Shown: positions 49,179 through 60,466 of the stretch, piece by piece | How positions within the stretch are numbered: position 1 is the stretch's first letter | Layout of the letters: every line of letters begins with the position of its first letter | NCBI GenBank assembly: GCA_042408215.1 | Contig: JAYFMW010000017.1 | Location: forward strand, 192,001 to 256,000 | Length of the DNA: 64,000 nt | Source of the DNA: Microcoleus sp. | GTDB lineage: Bacteria; Cyanobacteriota; Cyanobacteriia; Cyanobacteriales; Microcoleaceae | Direction: 5' to 3' | Made by a program: the position numbers and the translations under genes | Notes under the pieces: generated by a model | What the model saw: the letters and a program-made list of their open reading frames with translations, nothing else | Databases searched by the model: none | Told to the model about the DNA's origin: nothing

Positions 49179-50894
49179 GTGATTGGCATCAATTGGCTCA
49201 GGACGGCTGCGCGACGGCTGCTGACAGTGTTCGCAGCGGCAGTATTGGTTTTAGGTTTAGCAGGTTGTGGCTCAGGTAATCCTGAATTCTCCAAATCTAG
49301 CAACAAGAGCGCGGAGGCTCCCACCCAGGTAAAAAGAATCTCAGAGGTTTCTCCCCCAGAAGCCATTCAACAACTGCGTCAGACTCTGGAAATCTACCAG
49401 CCTCAAGTTAGTATTTTGGAGCCAAAACCTGACGAAGTGCTTCAGGATACAGATATATCAGTACGGCTCCAAGTTAAAGACTTGCCGATTTTCAAAGATA
49501 CCAACTTGGATTTAGGCCCGCACCTTCAGGTCTTTTTAGACAACCAACCTCACAAAGCAGTTTACGACACCAGCGAGCCTTTAGAGCTCTCTGACTTAGA
49601 ACCCGGAACCCACACCCTGCGAGTTTTTGCTTCGCGCCCTTGGGAAGAAAGCTTTAAAAACGATGGTGCTTACGCCCAAACCACCTTTCACATTTTTACC
49701 AAAACTCAAGACAACAATCCCGATCGAACTTTACCCCAGCTCACCTACAATCAGCCCCAAGACACCTACGGGGCCGAACCCATCATGCTGGACTTTTACT
49801 TGACAAATGCTCCCCTGCATCTAGCCGCTCAAGAAAACTCCCAAGATGAAATACTCGATTGGAAAATTCGAGCCACAGTCAACGGCCAAAGTTTTGCGAT
49901 CGACCAATGGCAACCTATATATCTTAAAGGATTCAAACCAGGGAAAAACTGGGTACAGCTAGAATTGATCGACGAACGGGGAAATTTAGTCAAAAACGCC
50001 TTTAATAATACAGTCAGACTGATAAATTACCAACCCCTTGGCGAAGATACCCTTTCTAAATTAGTGCGGGGCGAACTAACAGCAGCAGAATCTCGCGGTA
50101 TAGTCGATCGCACCTACGAAGCACCCAAGCCAAAACCAACACCAACCCCCGAACCAAAACCGACACCAGCACTAGAAACACCAAAAGTCAAACCCTCTCC
50201 TGCGGTTCCAGAAACTCCAGTTACTAAACCCAGTCAAGAGCGAAAAGTTGCTCCTGAAGTCAAGACGATTAAAGTAACCGAACCCAAACCAACAGCCAGC
50301 CCAGAACAAGAAACCCCGAAAATTGTTGAGGAAATTCAAGTAACCGAACCCAAACCAACAGCCACCCCAGAACAAGAAACACCAAAAATTGTTGAGGAAA
50401 TTCAAGTAACCGAACCCAAACCAACAGCCACCCCAGAACAAGAAACACCAAAAATTGTTGAGGAAATTCAAGTAACCGAACCCAAACCAACAGCCACCCC
50501 AGAACAAGAAACACCAAAAATTGTTGAGGAAATTCAAGTAACCGAACCCAAACCAACAGAAACACCAGAACCAGAAACCCCGAAAGTTGTTGAGGAAATT
50601 CAAGTAACCGAACCCAAACCAACAGCAACACCAGCCACCCCGAAAGTTGTTGAACAGATTAAAATAAGCGAACCAAAACCACCAGCAATTTTACAAACAG
50701 TCAAACAAAAAACAGGCGAACTTCTGAATCGATTCCGTAGCTCGATCGATCGACTTAAAGAACCGAAAACGCCCTCTCCCAAATTGCAGCCAACACCAGC
50801 AGAAACAACAGACAAAAACCCAGTAAAATCTGAAACTCCCAGCAAACAAACCACAGAATTAACCGTCCCAGAAACTACCATTTCCGCACCATAA
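49179..50894 (+). CDS. Putative lipoprotein with Pro/Thr/Glu-rich repeat tail
   Basis: Lipobox LAGC; GPHLQVFLDN, PGTHTLRVFASRPWEESFKN. Confidence 0.8.
   Translation: MIGINWLRTAARRLLTVFAAAVLVLGLAGCGSGNPEFSKSSNKSAEAPTQVKRISEVSPPEAIQQLRQTLEIYQPQVSILEPKPDEVLQDTDISVRLQVKDLPIFKDTNLDLGPHLQVFLDNQPHKAVYDTSEPLELSDLEPGTHTLRVFASRPWEESFKNDGAYAQTTFHIFTKTQDNNPDRTLPQLTYNQPQDTYGAEPIMLDFYLTNAPLHLAAQENSQDEILDWKIRATVNGQSFAIDQWQPIYLKGFKPGKNWVQLELIDERGNLVKNAFNNTVRLINYQPLGEDTLSKLVRGELTAAESRGIVDRTYEAPKPKPTPTPEPKPTPALETPKVKPSPAVPETPVTKPSQERKVAPEVKTIKVTEPKPTASPEQETPKIVEEIQVTEPKPTATPEQETPKIVEEIQVTEPKPTATPEQETPKIVEEIQVTEPKPTATPEQETPKIVEEIQVTEPKPTETPEPETPKVVEEIQVTEPKPTATPATPKVVEQIKISEPKPPAILQTVKQKTGELLNRFRSSIDRLKEPKTPSPKLQPTPAETTDKNPVKSETPSKQTTELTVPETTISAP
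50272..50626 (+). repeat. 66-bp coding tandem repeat (22 aa, 5 full units plus a partial)
   Basis: Units start at 50272, 50338, 50404, 50470, 50536 and 50602. Confidence 0.95.
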
Positions 50895-51022
50895 AATCAG
50901 CCAAAATCCGAACATAAAGTCGAAATTACCACCTAACAAAAACTTTCTCCATTGATTCGTGGCATGGGCGTCCCGCCCGTGTTACATCTCCGGTAAAAAA
51001 ACAAAAATCAGGACTCTCAAAA

Positions 51023-51991
51023 ATGACCTACCTCGAAACAGCAGCCAAATTCTACAGCGAATTAGCAGAAAGTCCCCAAATCGGACTTTGCTGCGTCCAA
51101 AGCAGTCCCCTGCAAATGCCAGGATTAAACATTCCCCAGCAGATGCAAGAGATGAATTACGGCTGCGGTACAACCGTCCACGCCGCCGAACTCGTAGGCA
51201 ATCCAGTAGTGCTGTATGTAGGCGTTGGTGGCGGTTTGGAAGCACTGCAATTTGCCTATTTCTCCCGCAAAAAAGGAGCAGTTATTGCCGTCGATCCAGT
51301 TTCAGCAATGCGAGACGCAGCGGCACGAAATTTGCAAATTGCCGCCCAAGAAAATGATTGGTTTGATGCTAATTTTGTGGAAATTAGAGAAGGCGATGCT
51401 TTTGCGTTGCCGGTGCCTGACGCTTCTGTCGATGTGGTAGCCCAAAACTGTTTATTTAACATCTTTGAACCTGCGGATTTAACTAAGGCATTAACAGAAA
51501 CCTATCGAGTGTTAAAACCAGGTGGTAGATTATTAATGAGCGATCCGATCGCAACTCGGACAATTCCCCAACATTTGAAGCAAGACGAACGCTTGCGCGC
51601 GTTGTGTTTGTCCGGTGCTCTGACATACGCAGAATACGTTCAGCACCTTGTAGACGTAGGTTTTGGCCAAGTGGAAGTTCGGGCGAGAAGGCCCTATCGG
51701 CTGCTGGACAAACACAATTATCAATTGGAGGCGGATTTGCTGCTAGAAAGCCTTGATTCGGTGTCTTTCAAAGTGGATGTCCCCGATGATGGAGCTTGCA
51801 TTTTCACTGGCAAGACGGCGATTTATACGGGGTCTGAGGAGCTATTTGATGACGGGGCTGGTCACGTTTTGCAGCGGGGCGTGCCGGCGGCGGTCTGCGA
51901 TAAAACTGCTGAGAAGTTGGGGGGATTAATGCCGGATCAGGTGTTGATTACTGATTCGACTTGGCATTATCACGGCGGCGGTTGTTGTTAG
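51023..51991 (+). CDS. arsM: Arsenite methyltransferase (cyanobacterial arsenosugar-type ArsM)
   Basis: GLCC, NYGCG, YVGVGGG, QNCLFN, C-terminal GGGCC. Confidence 0.85.
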   Translation: MTYLETAAKFYSELAESPQIGLCCVQSSPLQMPGLNIPQQMQEMNYGCGTTVHAAELVGNPVVLYVGVGGGLEALQFAYFSRKKGAVIAVDPVSAMRDAAARNLQIAAQENDWFDANFVEIREGDAFALPVPDASVDVVAQNCLFNIFEPADLTKALTETYRVLKPGGRLLMSDPIATRTIPQHLKQDERLRALCLSGALTYAEYVQHLVDVGFGQVEVRARRPYRLLDKHNYQLEADLLLESLDSVSFKVDVPDDGACIFTGKTAIYTGSEELFDDGAGHVLQRGVPAAVCDKTAEKLGGLMPDQVLITDSTWHYHGGGCC

Positions 51992-52273
51992 ATTTATTTC
52001 GGAATAATGTGGCTGTAATCTTTTGGGAATAGAGCGTTTCTCAAAGAAGTGAGGTGTGGGCGCTTCCTATGCCCTCTTTGCACCTCATGTTAGTGAGTCA
52101 TGGTATAGAGGTCTCTAATTTTAGACTTCGCCTCAAATTTTCATCAAATTTTTATTTGGGCCTGACATTCTAGCTGGAGAAGATTCACAACTCTGAAGTA
52201 AAGAATAGATGACCATTCAGAGGAGTGGCTATTTTCATCACACCCGTTTGCTAAATGTGAGGAGGAAATTTTT

Positions 52274-52897
52274 ATGCTATCGAAATCTTTAAATTCAAGT
52301 TCATTATCGATCGTCCGTTACGGGTCTAGTTTTGTTTTGGGATTACTGTTGTGCACGGCTTCGGCTCCGGTGCTGGCGCACGTTGGGCATAACAGCGAGT
52401 TTGCAGGTGGGGATGCTGCCAAGATTATGCAGCCGATCGAAGTTGATGCCAGTAAAGCAACCGCATTGGGAATTAAGACAGAGGCAGTTGCTCCCATTCC
52501 CGATGGAGGTATTCTCAAAGTTAAGAGCACCAGCTTGGTTGATGCCAATGGGCAAAAGCTCGTCTACATCCAGGAAGGAACAACCTACAAACCAATCTCA
52601 GTTCAGATTGGTAGCGACTCTGGAGATGTGGTGGAAATTAAAGAGGGCAATCTAGCTTCGGGAAATCAAATTGTGACGCAGGGCGCAACACTGTTGTACT
52701 CCGAGGCATTGCGAGGTAAACCGCAAGCAGCAGCGCCAGCATCGCCCGCTACATCGGCAGCGCCAGCATCGCCCGCTACATCGCAAGCAGAAGCGCAGCC
52801 TGCTCAAGGATCGTCACCTTTGATGTGGGTAGCAGGCGCAGGAGTTTTACTGGTGGGTGGATTCGCCGTCTTTGGGTTAAAAGGCAAGGACCAGTAG
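52274..52897 (+). CDS. Short CzcB-like periplasmic adaptor / metal efflux accessory protein
   Basis: Signal then AHVGH; LVDANGQKLVY, VVEIKEG, IVTQGATLLY; C-terminal TM. Confidence 0.7.
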   Translation: MLSKSLNSSSLSIVRYGSSFVLGLLLCTASAPVLAHVGHNSEFAGGDAAKIMQPIEVDASKATALGIKTEAVAPIPDGGILKVKSTSLVDANGQKLVYIQEGTTYKPISVQIGSDSGDVVEIKEGNLASGNQIVTQGATLLYSEALRGKPQAAAPASPATSAAPASPATSQAEAQPAQGSSPLMWVAGAGVLLVGGFAVFGLKGKDQ

Positions 52898-53349
52898 ACA
52901 TTCAAAAACCAAGATTTTTGGTAACTGTCGATCGCGACTGAATAGACCTTAATACCCAATACGCTTGGGTTAACACTGTTAATTTCCCGGAGATCCCCCT
53001 CGCATCCCCCTGATAGTCGGGGGACGAAAAAGCAACTTCTTGTCCCCCCCTTGGGAAGGGGGGCTAGGGGGGATCTGTCTTATCTGAACCGTATTACCTT
53101 CATACTCATACCATTTTTCTAAAATCGTGCAACACTCGAAGACCCTCCCTAGGCTGTATTGCGGGGGGACAAGAATACTGTTATTTCGTTTCAAATTGGT
53201 ATCACATCTTGCACCATTGTCAGCAACAGGCTGTCCGGCCTGTTCCACAAAGAGTGGATTTCTTGTGGAACAGGCAGGATGCCTGTTCTTGAAAGTCTTT
53301 TTAGAACCAACTTCCAAACCTTGCCTGACGCTATCCCAATTGCATTTTT

Positions 53350-56300
53350 ATGTTGAATGTCATCCCCAAATGGTCTATTGCTCAACGATGGTTAGTGGTG
53401 TTCGGGGCGATCGCCCTCACCATCTGGAGCCTGCATACTGTAAGTAGAATGCCCCTCGACGTATTGCCCAACTTTGCGCCCCCTCAAGTAGAAGTACAAA
53501 CCGAAGCCCCCGGTCTTGCGCCGGAAGCGGTGGAATCCTTGGTAACATTACCCCTAGAAAGTGCGGTCAACGGCACACCAGGAGTTGAAGTCGTCCGTAC
53601 CTCCTCCGCCGTAGGAATTTCGGTATTGCGGGTAGTGTTTAAGTGGGGAACCGACCCCTATCAAGCCCGTCAACTCGTGGCAGAGCGCTTGCAGGACGCG
53701 CAAGATAGACTTCCAGAAGGCATAGGTACACCGCAGATATCGCCCTTAGCTCCCCCCATCGGGACAGTGATTCAATATGCCTTCACGTCAGACACTACAT
53801 CCATCATGGAAGTGCGACGTTTGGTCGATGGCAAAATCAACAATCGCTTGTTGGCAGTTCCAGGCGTATCGCAAGTGCTGGTTTACGGCGGAGATTTGCA
53901 GCAGTTTCAGGTGATTGCGAATCCTGAAAAACTCCAAGCGTTGAAGGTTTCCCTTCAGGAAGTGGTCAAGGCGGCAAACGAGGCAAATGCCAAAACCGCC
54001 GGTGGATTGTTGATTGACCCCGATCGCGAATTGGTGATTCGGGGACAGGGACAAATCGAGACGATCGCAGATTTGCAAAAAGCAGTCGTCAAGGTGCAGG
54101 AGGGAAAAACCATTCTACTGCGGGATGTGGCAGAGGTGAAGATTGGGGCGGCACGACCGCGAGGCGATGCCAGTTGGAATACAAAACGGGCTGTAGTGCT
54201 GATGGTGAACAAACAACCGTTGGTAGATAGTCCCACCGTCACCTCTGCCATCATCGAGGCGATGGAGGAAATTAAACCAGGTTTACCCCAAGATGTGAAG
54301 GCGAGTGTCACTTTCCGGCAAGATGCCTACATTGATGCCTCAGTTGGTAATGTGCGATCGGCATTGATCGAAGGCAGCATTATCGTCGCAGCCATCCTGA
54401 TTCCGTTCCTGATGAACTGGCGCACCCTCTCCGTCTGTTTGTTCGATTTCTTTCTGACGCTACTTTTCTCACTTTTGGTATGTTCCTGGATCGGGCTGGA
54501 ACTCAACACCATGACCCTCGGTGGATTGGTAGTGGCGATCGGGACCGCAGTGGATGATGCGATCGTCTACTGCGAAAATACCTACCGCCGCTTGCGGGAA
54601 AATCGCCTCTCACCCAATCCCAAACCAGCAATGGAGGTGATTTTTGAGGGTTCTCAGGAAGTGCGCGAGTCGCTGATTGGGGCGACGTTAATTGGGATTA
54701 TTGTCTTTTCGCCGATTTTCACACTTTCTGGTGTGGAAGGGCGCATCTTCACCCCAATGGGCATTGCCTATCTGGTAGTGGTAGTCATCTCCAGCCTGGA
54801 ATCCCTAGTGATTTCCCCTGCACTGTGTGCCATTCTGTTGCCCCACAGCCGGATGCAGACGACAGAACCTTTCCTAGCACTGTTTTCCAAGCGAGTTTAC
54901 CATCCGTTGCTACAGTTGGCGATGCGTCGCTCTAGCTTGATTTTGGGATTGGCTACAGCGTCAATGGTGGCGGCGATGCTGATTGTGCCGACATTAGGAC
55001 GGGATTTTCTGCCAACGTTCCAGGAACGATCGCTGATGAATGCGATCGCCCTTTATCCGGGTTCCTCACTCGAAGCAACCAATCGCGTTGGCTTAGCGAT
55101 TCAAAATGCCCTTAAGGATGACCCCCGATTTGAATCAGTACAACTGCGATCGGGCCGTGCTCCGGGCGACCCAGATGCGGCATCGGTGAACTTGGCACAC
55201 TTGGACGTGGAACTGAGTGAAGCAGCGATGAAAAACCGTCCTGCGACGATTCAAGCTTTGCGCGAAGTATTGGGTCAGTTTCCGGGAGTTGCCGGCAATG
55301 TCGGTGGATTTATCAGTCACAGGATGGATGAAGTGTTGTCGGGTGTCAGAAGTGCGATCGCCATTAAAGTATTTGGTAACGACTTACAAGAACTACGCCG
55401 CATTGGAGAACAAATTGAAACGACAATGAAAGACGTGAAGGGATTAGTAGACCTTCAGCTTGAGCCCCAAATTCCGATCCGTCAAGTACAAATTCAATTT
55501 AACCGAGATGCAGCAGCCCGCTACGGATTGACGATCGCCCAATTATCAGATTTCACCGAAACAGCCCTAAATGGTCGCGTGGTTGGTCAAGTAGCGGATG
55601 GTCAACAGTTAGTGGATGTACTGGTTTGGGTCAATGAATCTGCCCGCCGCAATCTCAACACGATTCGCAACCTCCAAGTTAATACCCCAACAGGTCAAAT
55701 AATCCCGCTTTCGGAAGTGGCAAAGGTTGACTTTGGCAATGGCCCGAACACGATTAACCGGGAAAATGTCTCACGTTTAATTGTGGTATCAGCCAACGTA
55801 CAGGGACGCGATGTTGCTTCGGTTGTCGGTGACATTCGCGCCAAGGTCAAGCAATCGGTGCAACTGCCCCAGGGCTACTATATTCAGTACGGCGGACAGT
55901 ATGAGTCGGAACAACGGGCGGCTCAAAACTTCCTAATTTTCGGAATATTAGCAGTGCTGGCGATCGGAGTATTGATGTACTTCACCGTAAAATCCGTTCC
56001 TGCGATGCTGATGGTGATGGTCAATTTACCATTAGCACTGGTTGGGGGTGTAATCTCAGTGCTGTTAACGGGCGGCGTTCTCTCTGTTCCGTCAATGGTC
56101 GGCTTTGTCACGCTGTTTGGTGTGGCGACGCGCAATGGATTGTTACTCGTAGACAACTACAACACCAAACTTGCAGAAGGAATGCCACTTTCGGAAGTAA
56201 TTGTGGAAGGTTCAATGGAACGGTTGCTGGCGATTTTGATGACTGCACTTACCTCGGCCTTGGGGATGATTCCTTTGGTGTTAAGCGGTGGGGCTGGTAA

Positions 56301-56487
56301 GGAATTGTTGCAGCCTTTAGCGATCGTTGTCCTCGGCGGACTCTTTACCTCAACTGCTCTCACTCTGCTAGTTCTACCTGCATTGTACGCTCGATTTGGC
56401 AAGTTTCTGATGCCGAAACGGATGATGGAAACAACCGAGTTGAGAAACTATAGTATTGAGCAGACACCAACCAAAGAAGTAGGCTAA
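53350..56487 (+). CDS. CusA/CzcA heavy-metal RND permease
   Basis: LDVLPNF, PGLAPEAVE, VDDAIV, ILMTAL, QPLAIVVLGGL. Confidence 0.93.
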   Translation: MLNVIPKWSIAQRWLVVFGAIALTIWSLHTVSRMPLDVLPNFAPPQVEVQTEAPGLAPEAVESLVTLPLESAVNGTPGVEVVRTSSAVGISVLRVVFKWGTDPYQARQLVAERLQDAQDRLPEGIGTPQISPLAPPIGTVIQYAFTSDTTSIMEVRRLVDGKINNRLLAVPGVSQVLVYGGDLQQFQVIANPEKLQALKVSLQEVVKAANEANAKTAGGLLIDPDRELVIRGQGQIETIADLQKAVVKVQEGKTILLRDVAEVKIGAARPRGDASWNTKRAVVLMVNKQPLVDSPTVTSAIIEAMEEIKPGLPQDVKASVTFRQDAYIDASVGNVRSALIEGSIIVAAILIPFLMNWRTLSVCLFDFFLTLLFSLLVCSWIGLELNTMTLGGLVVAIGTAVDDAIVYCENTYRRLRENRLSPNPKPAMEVIFEGSQEVRESLIGATLIGIIVFSPIFTLSGVEGRIFTPMGIAYLVVVVISSLESLVISPALCAILLPHSRMQTTEPFLALFSKRVYHPLLQLAMRRSSLILGLATASMVAAMLIVPTLGRDFLPTFQERSLMNAIALYPGSSLEATNRVGLAIQNALKDDPRFESVQLRSGRAPGDPDAASVNLAHLDVELSEAAMKNRPATIQALREVLGQFPGVAGNVGGFISHRMDEVLSGVRSAIAIKVFGNDLQELRRIGEQIETTMKDVKGLVDLQLEPQIPIRQVQIQFNRDAAARYGLTIAQLSDFTETALNGRVVGQVADGQQLVDVLVWVNESARRNLNTIRNLQVNTPTGQIIPLSEVAKVDFGNGPNTINRENVSRLIVVSANVQGRDVASVVGDIRAKVKQSVQLPQGYYIQYGGQYESEQRAAQNFLIFGILAVLAIGVLMYFTVKSVPAMLMVMVNLPLALVGGVISVLLTGGVLSVPSMVGFVTLFGVATRNGLLLVDNYNTKLAEGMPLSEVIVEGSMERLLAILMTALTSALGMIPLVLSGGAGKELLQPLAIVVLGGLFTSTALTLLVLPALYARFGKFLMPKRMMETTELRNYSIEQTPTKEVG

Positions 56488-56667
56488 TAACAGTTAACAG
56501 TTAACTGTTTAAACAATACCGATGCAGCCGGAAAAGATATGATATCAAATCCGGTAACATCGTCCTGTATTGTATCCCTCTATTCTCTCTCTGTGTCCTC
56601 TGCGCCCTCTGTGGTTAAATCATTCCGAATTATTTAGTAAAAAAGTATCGGACGAGATAGCAATAAA

Positions 56668-57381
56668 ATGAGAATTCTGCTGGCGGAAGATGAACCCGAT
56701 TTGGGTGCGATCGTCCAACGCACCTTGAGCCGCGAAAAGTACCTGGTGGATTGGGTACAGGATGGCACAACTGCTTGGAATTATCTGGAAGATCGATGGA
56801 CAGAGTATACGATCGCCATTTTTGACTGGTTGTTACCGGGAACCTCTGGTGTCGAATTGTGCCAACGTTTGCGCCGGCAGAATAATCCTTTACCCGTTTT
56901 GATGCTGACAGCAAAAGATCGCACGGAGGATATGGTGGCTGGGCTGGATGCTGGGGCTGATGACTATCTGATGAAACCGTTCGTTAAAGCTGAGTTGTTA
57001 GCCCGGTTGCGGGCACTTCAGCGACGGGGACGGAGTTTGTCTCCAGAACAGTCGCCCTATTTCAATCCTGCCCAACTAGAGGTGGGGCGATTGCTGCTTG
57101 ACTATACTAAATCTATCATCTGCACTACGGATGACGAAGGACAGCTAACGGTGATTCCTCTGACGGCTAATGAGTTTCGGTTACTGGAATATTTCATGCA
57201 GCATCCGAACCAAATCCTAACGCGCGATCGACTTTTGACTCGTTTGTGGGATGTGGATGCTGACCCGATGAGCAATGTAGTTGCTGCTAGAATTCGTCTG
57301 TTGCGCCGCAAGCTGGCTGATTATGGCTGTGACGGGATGATTGAAACGGTTCATGGATTCGGGTATCGCTTGAGCAAGTAA
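56668..57381 (+). CDS. rppA: OmpR-family response regulator (RppA/NrsR-like)
   Basis: ILLAEDE, FDWLLP, GADDYLMKPF, SNVVAARIRLLRRKL, IETVHGFGY. Confidence 0.85.
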   Translation: MRILLAEDEPDLGAIVQRTLSREKYLVDWVQDGTTAWNYLEDRWTEYTIAIFDWLLPGTSGVELCQRLRRQNNPLPVLMLTAKDRTEDMVAGLDAGADDYLMKPFVKAELLARLRALQRRGRSLSPEQSPYFNPAQLEVGRLLLDYTKSIICTTDDEGQLTVIPLTANEFRLLEYFMQHPNQILTRDRLLTRLWDVDADPMSNVVAARIRLLRRKLADYGCDGMIETVHGFGYRLSK

Positions 57382-57382
57382 T

Positions 57383-58714
57383 ATGCACTCCAACAAGCTA
57401 TTTAACCGCACGCGCTGGCAACTTGCGGGTTGGTATGCGATCGTCCTGGGGTTGTTGTTAGGTATATGCGGTGTTGCAGTCTATCAGGTTGTGTTTCACA
57501 CGCAGCGGTACATCCTCCAGGAAAAACTACAGTCCTTAGCCGGAACGCTGCATGACACTATCGAACCACAATTACAACAACCGGGACAGCTTTCATCCAG
57601 CTTGAAAACTATTTTGCCCGGTTTATGTCTGTGGAATGAAAACTGTTACTCTTCAGGCCATGAGGGGGCGCGACATACTGCTAGGGTGTTTCAGCAGGAG
57701 GGATATTATCTCCGCTTTTTAGACCAATCTGGGGAAATATTAGGGAAGGTTGGAGAGCAGCCGGATGTATTAGAAAACTTTGCACCAAATGAGTTTTGGC
57801 AAATTCTGCATCTTTCTAATGGCGATCGCTTCTATCAAATTTCTGTATTGCTGCGAACAAACGACGGTTTGTTTTGGGGTTATTTGCAAATTGGGCGATC
57901 GCTCAAAGAATGGGATGCTTATCTGAACACTTTGCGATTGTTTCTGTTTTTAGGCTTACCCTTTGCAATGCTGTTAGTAGGAGGAAGTAGTTGGTGGTTA
58001 GCGGGAGTAGCAATGCGACCAATTTATCAGTCCTATCGCCAGATGCAACAATTCACTTCGGATGCTGCTCATGAATTGCGAACGCCTCTGGCTGTCATTC
58101 AGACTACTGTTGAGGATACTCGTCTGGCTGAAGATTTACCGGAGGTTAGTCAAAACCTGGATATTATCGAACGACAAAACATCCGCCTCTCCAGGCTAGT
58201 CAAAGATTTATTGTTTATTTGTCGAATTGAGCAACAACAGATTCAGACTCAATTGCAGCATTGCTGTTTCAACTATCTGATCTGCGATTTGGTTGAAGAA
58301 CTTGCAGGTTTAGCAATGATAGCTGAGGTGGAATTGAAGTTAGAAATTCGTGCTTCGCAAGCCGTTGTAATTCTTGGGGATGAAGCCCAACTTTACCGGA
58401 TGGTGACGAATTTAATTACCAATGCGATTAACTACACTCCCGCAGGAGGGATAATCCTTGCCATCCTCGATTGCACCGACAAGGAAGCGGTGATTCAAGT
58501 TCAGGATACGGGTGTTGGTATCGCCCCAGCCGAACAAACGCGAATTTTCGATCGTTTCTACCGAGTGCAGAGCGATCGCTCTAGAGCCACAGGAGGTGCT
58601 GGATTAGGGCTATCGATTGCAAGTGCGATCGCAGTGGCTCATCAAGGCAGCATTCAAGTCCAGAGTGAGTTAGGAAAAGGCAGTACATTTACAATCCGTC
58701 TACCACTCAAATGA
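57383..58714 (+). CDS. rppB: Sensor histidine kinase (RppB/NrsS-like)
   Basis: LFNRTRWQLAGWY, QQFTSDAAHELRTPL, NLITNAINY, GGAGLGL. Confidence 0.85.
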   Translation: MHSNKLFNRTRWQLAGWYAIVLGLLLGICGVAVYQVVFHTQRYILQEKLQSLAGTLHDTIEPQLQQPGQLSSSLKTILPGLCLWNENCYSSGHEGARHTARVFQQEGYYLRFLDQSGEILGKVGEQPDVLENFAPNEFWQILHLSNGDRFYQISVLLRTNDGLFWGYLQIGRSLKEWDAYLNTLRLFLFLGLPFAMLLVGGSSWWLAGVAMRPIYQSYRQMQQFTSDAAHELRTPLAVIQTTVEDTRLAEDLPEVSQNLDIIERQNIRLSRLVKDLLFICRIEQQQIQTQLQHCCFNYLICDLVEELAGLAMIAEVELKLEIRASQAVVILGDEAQLYRMVTNLITNAINYTPAGGIILAILDCTDKEAVIQVQDTGVGIAPAEQTRIFDRFYRVQSDRSRATGGAGLGLSIASAIAVAHQGSIQVQSELGKGSTFTIRLPLK

Positions 58715-59022
58715 GAACAATATTACTGCGATCGCGTCCTATTACCATTGCAAGGGGAACCGCAGAATATCAATCTGTGGGTTAATGCGATCGTAAGTGC
58801 GATCGACCAGAATCAAATTAACGGAGCATTGGTTATGCTGGAAAATAACAGCCAGGAAAAGCAAGGATAAAATTGGGGACAAGCAAGAGCAACGAATGGC
58901 TGAAGCTGTTAATTCTCTGGTTCGTCAGAGAAAATTTACAAGGGTAGCGACATCAGCCCGTTCTTTGATTCGAGATACTGGTATACTACGATCGCCAGTT
59001 AATTATCTAAGAATTTGTAGTC

Positions 59023-60456
59023 ATGGTAAATATGTCAAGCATCTCCAACATGACCTCTGAAGTGGAAAGTGACGCTCTGGGAGAGATCGATCACCTTGAC
59101 AAGCAATTACACGATCGCTTTCAAGACAAGTTTGTAGTCCAGCCCTCGCTTACCCGACTTTTGGTCAGTTTTCAGGCTAACAAAACTAGACCCATTTATC
59201 GGTGGTACAAATACAAGGAAGCTTTCTCCGCTTCTCTGGTCTAGTTTTTATTCCAAAAATATCAAGTCATTCAAGGCAAGATTTTAGATCCTTTTACAGG
59301 TAGTGGAACTGCTTTATTTGCTGCTAGTGACTTGGGAATTGATGTTGATGGTATTGAATTGTTACCTATTGGTCAACATATAATTAATACCAAAATCCTT
59401 TTAGACACTGCATTCACTCTAGATGATTTTGAGCGGCTAAAGACATGGTTTAATTTGCAAATATGGAAACAATTTCAAAACCCAGTCACTCTGCCAGAAT
59501 TGAGAATTACTAAAGGGGCTTACTCCGAAGAAACTAAAATAGAAATCGATCAATATCTTGGAGCTTATTATCAAGAAAATACCAAGGTTCAATCAGTTTT
59601 AATCTTTACTTTACTGTGTGTTTTAGAATCCGTAAGCTATACACGCAAAGATGGACAGTATCTGCGTTGGGATTACCGTTATGGTCATGGGCTGTCAAAA
59701 AAGTCCTTCAATAAAGGTGAGGTTCTTGAGTTCAGTAAAGCTATTACCCAAAAATTTAATGAACTTGTTAACGACTTAGAACCTCCTACACAACAACTTG
59801 AGCTTTTTCAAACTCAGAATAATCAAGGCAAAATTAATTTGCATCAAGGTTCTTGTCTGAAGATAATGCCCGATTTGCCGGACTCTACCTACGATGCAAT
59901 CATCACATCTCCACCCTACTGTAATCGATATGACTATACTCGCACCTATGCACTAGAGCTAGCTTTACTAGGAATTTCTGAAAAGGAATTAATTAATCTG
60001 CGTCAGGAAATGCTAAGTTGTACGGTTGAGAATCAACCCAAAAATTTGTTGGCTATCAATCAGGCTTGGGAAGTAGCTTTAAGTATTGCTAATTCTCAAA
60101 CTCTATTGCAGGCTATCTTAAGATATTTGGACAGCCAAAAGTCACAGGGTGTATTGAACAACAATGGTATACCAAGAATGGTAAGAGGATACTTCTATGA
60201 AATGGCTTGCGTAATACAAGAAAGCTTTAGTATCCTTAAACCAGGGGCATTTTTGTTTATGGTTAATGACAATGTGCGCTACGCAGGTATAAGCATTTCA
60301 GTGGACATGATTCTTTCTGATTTTGCTGAAAAACTAGGCTTTGTTACTGAAAATATTCTCGTCTTACCAGGTGATAAGGGGAATAGTAGTCAACAGATGG
60401 GAAATTATGGACGCGCTCCTTTGAGGAAGTGCGTTTATATATGGAAGAAGCAATAA
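59023..60456 (+). pseudogene. N4-cytosine DNA methyltransferase (AvaI/BsoBI-type) interrupted by an in-frame TAG at 59242-59244
   Basis: The two track ORFs share one frame; DPFTGSGT (59287-59310) lies between them; TSPPY downstream. Confidence 0.85.
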
Positions 60457-60466
60457 CTCGAAACCT

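Noticed and set aside
50172..50631. Repetitive Trp/Phe/Cys-rich antisense ORFs
   Set aside because: Reverse translation of the 66-bp repeat.
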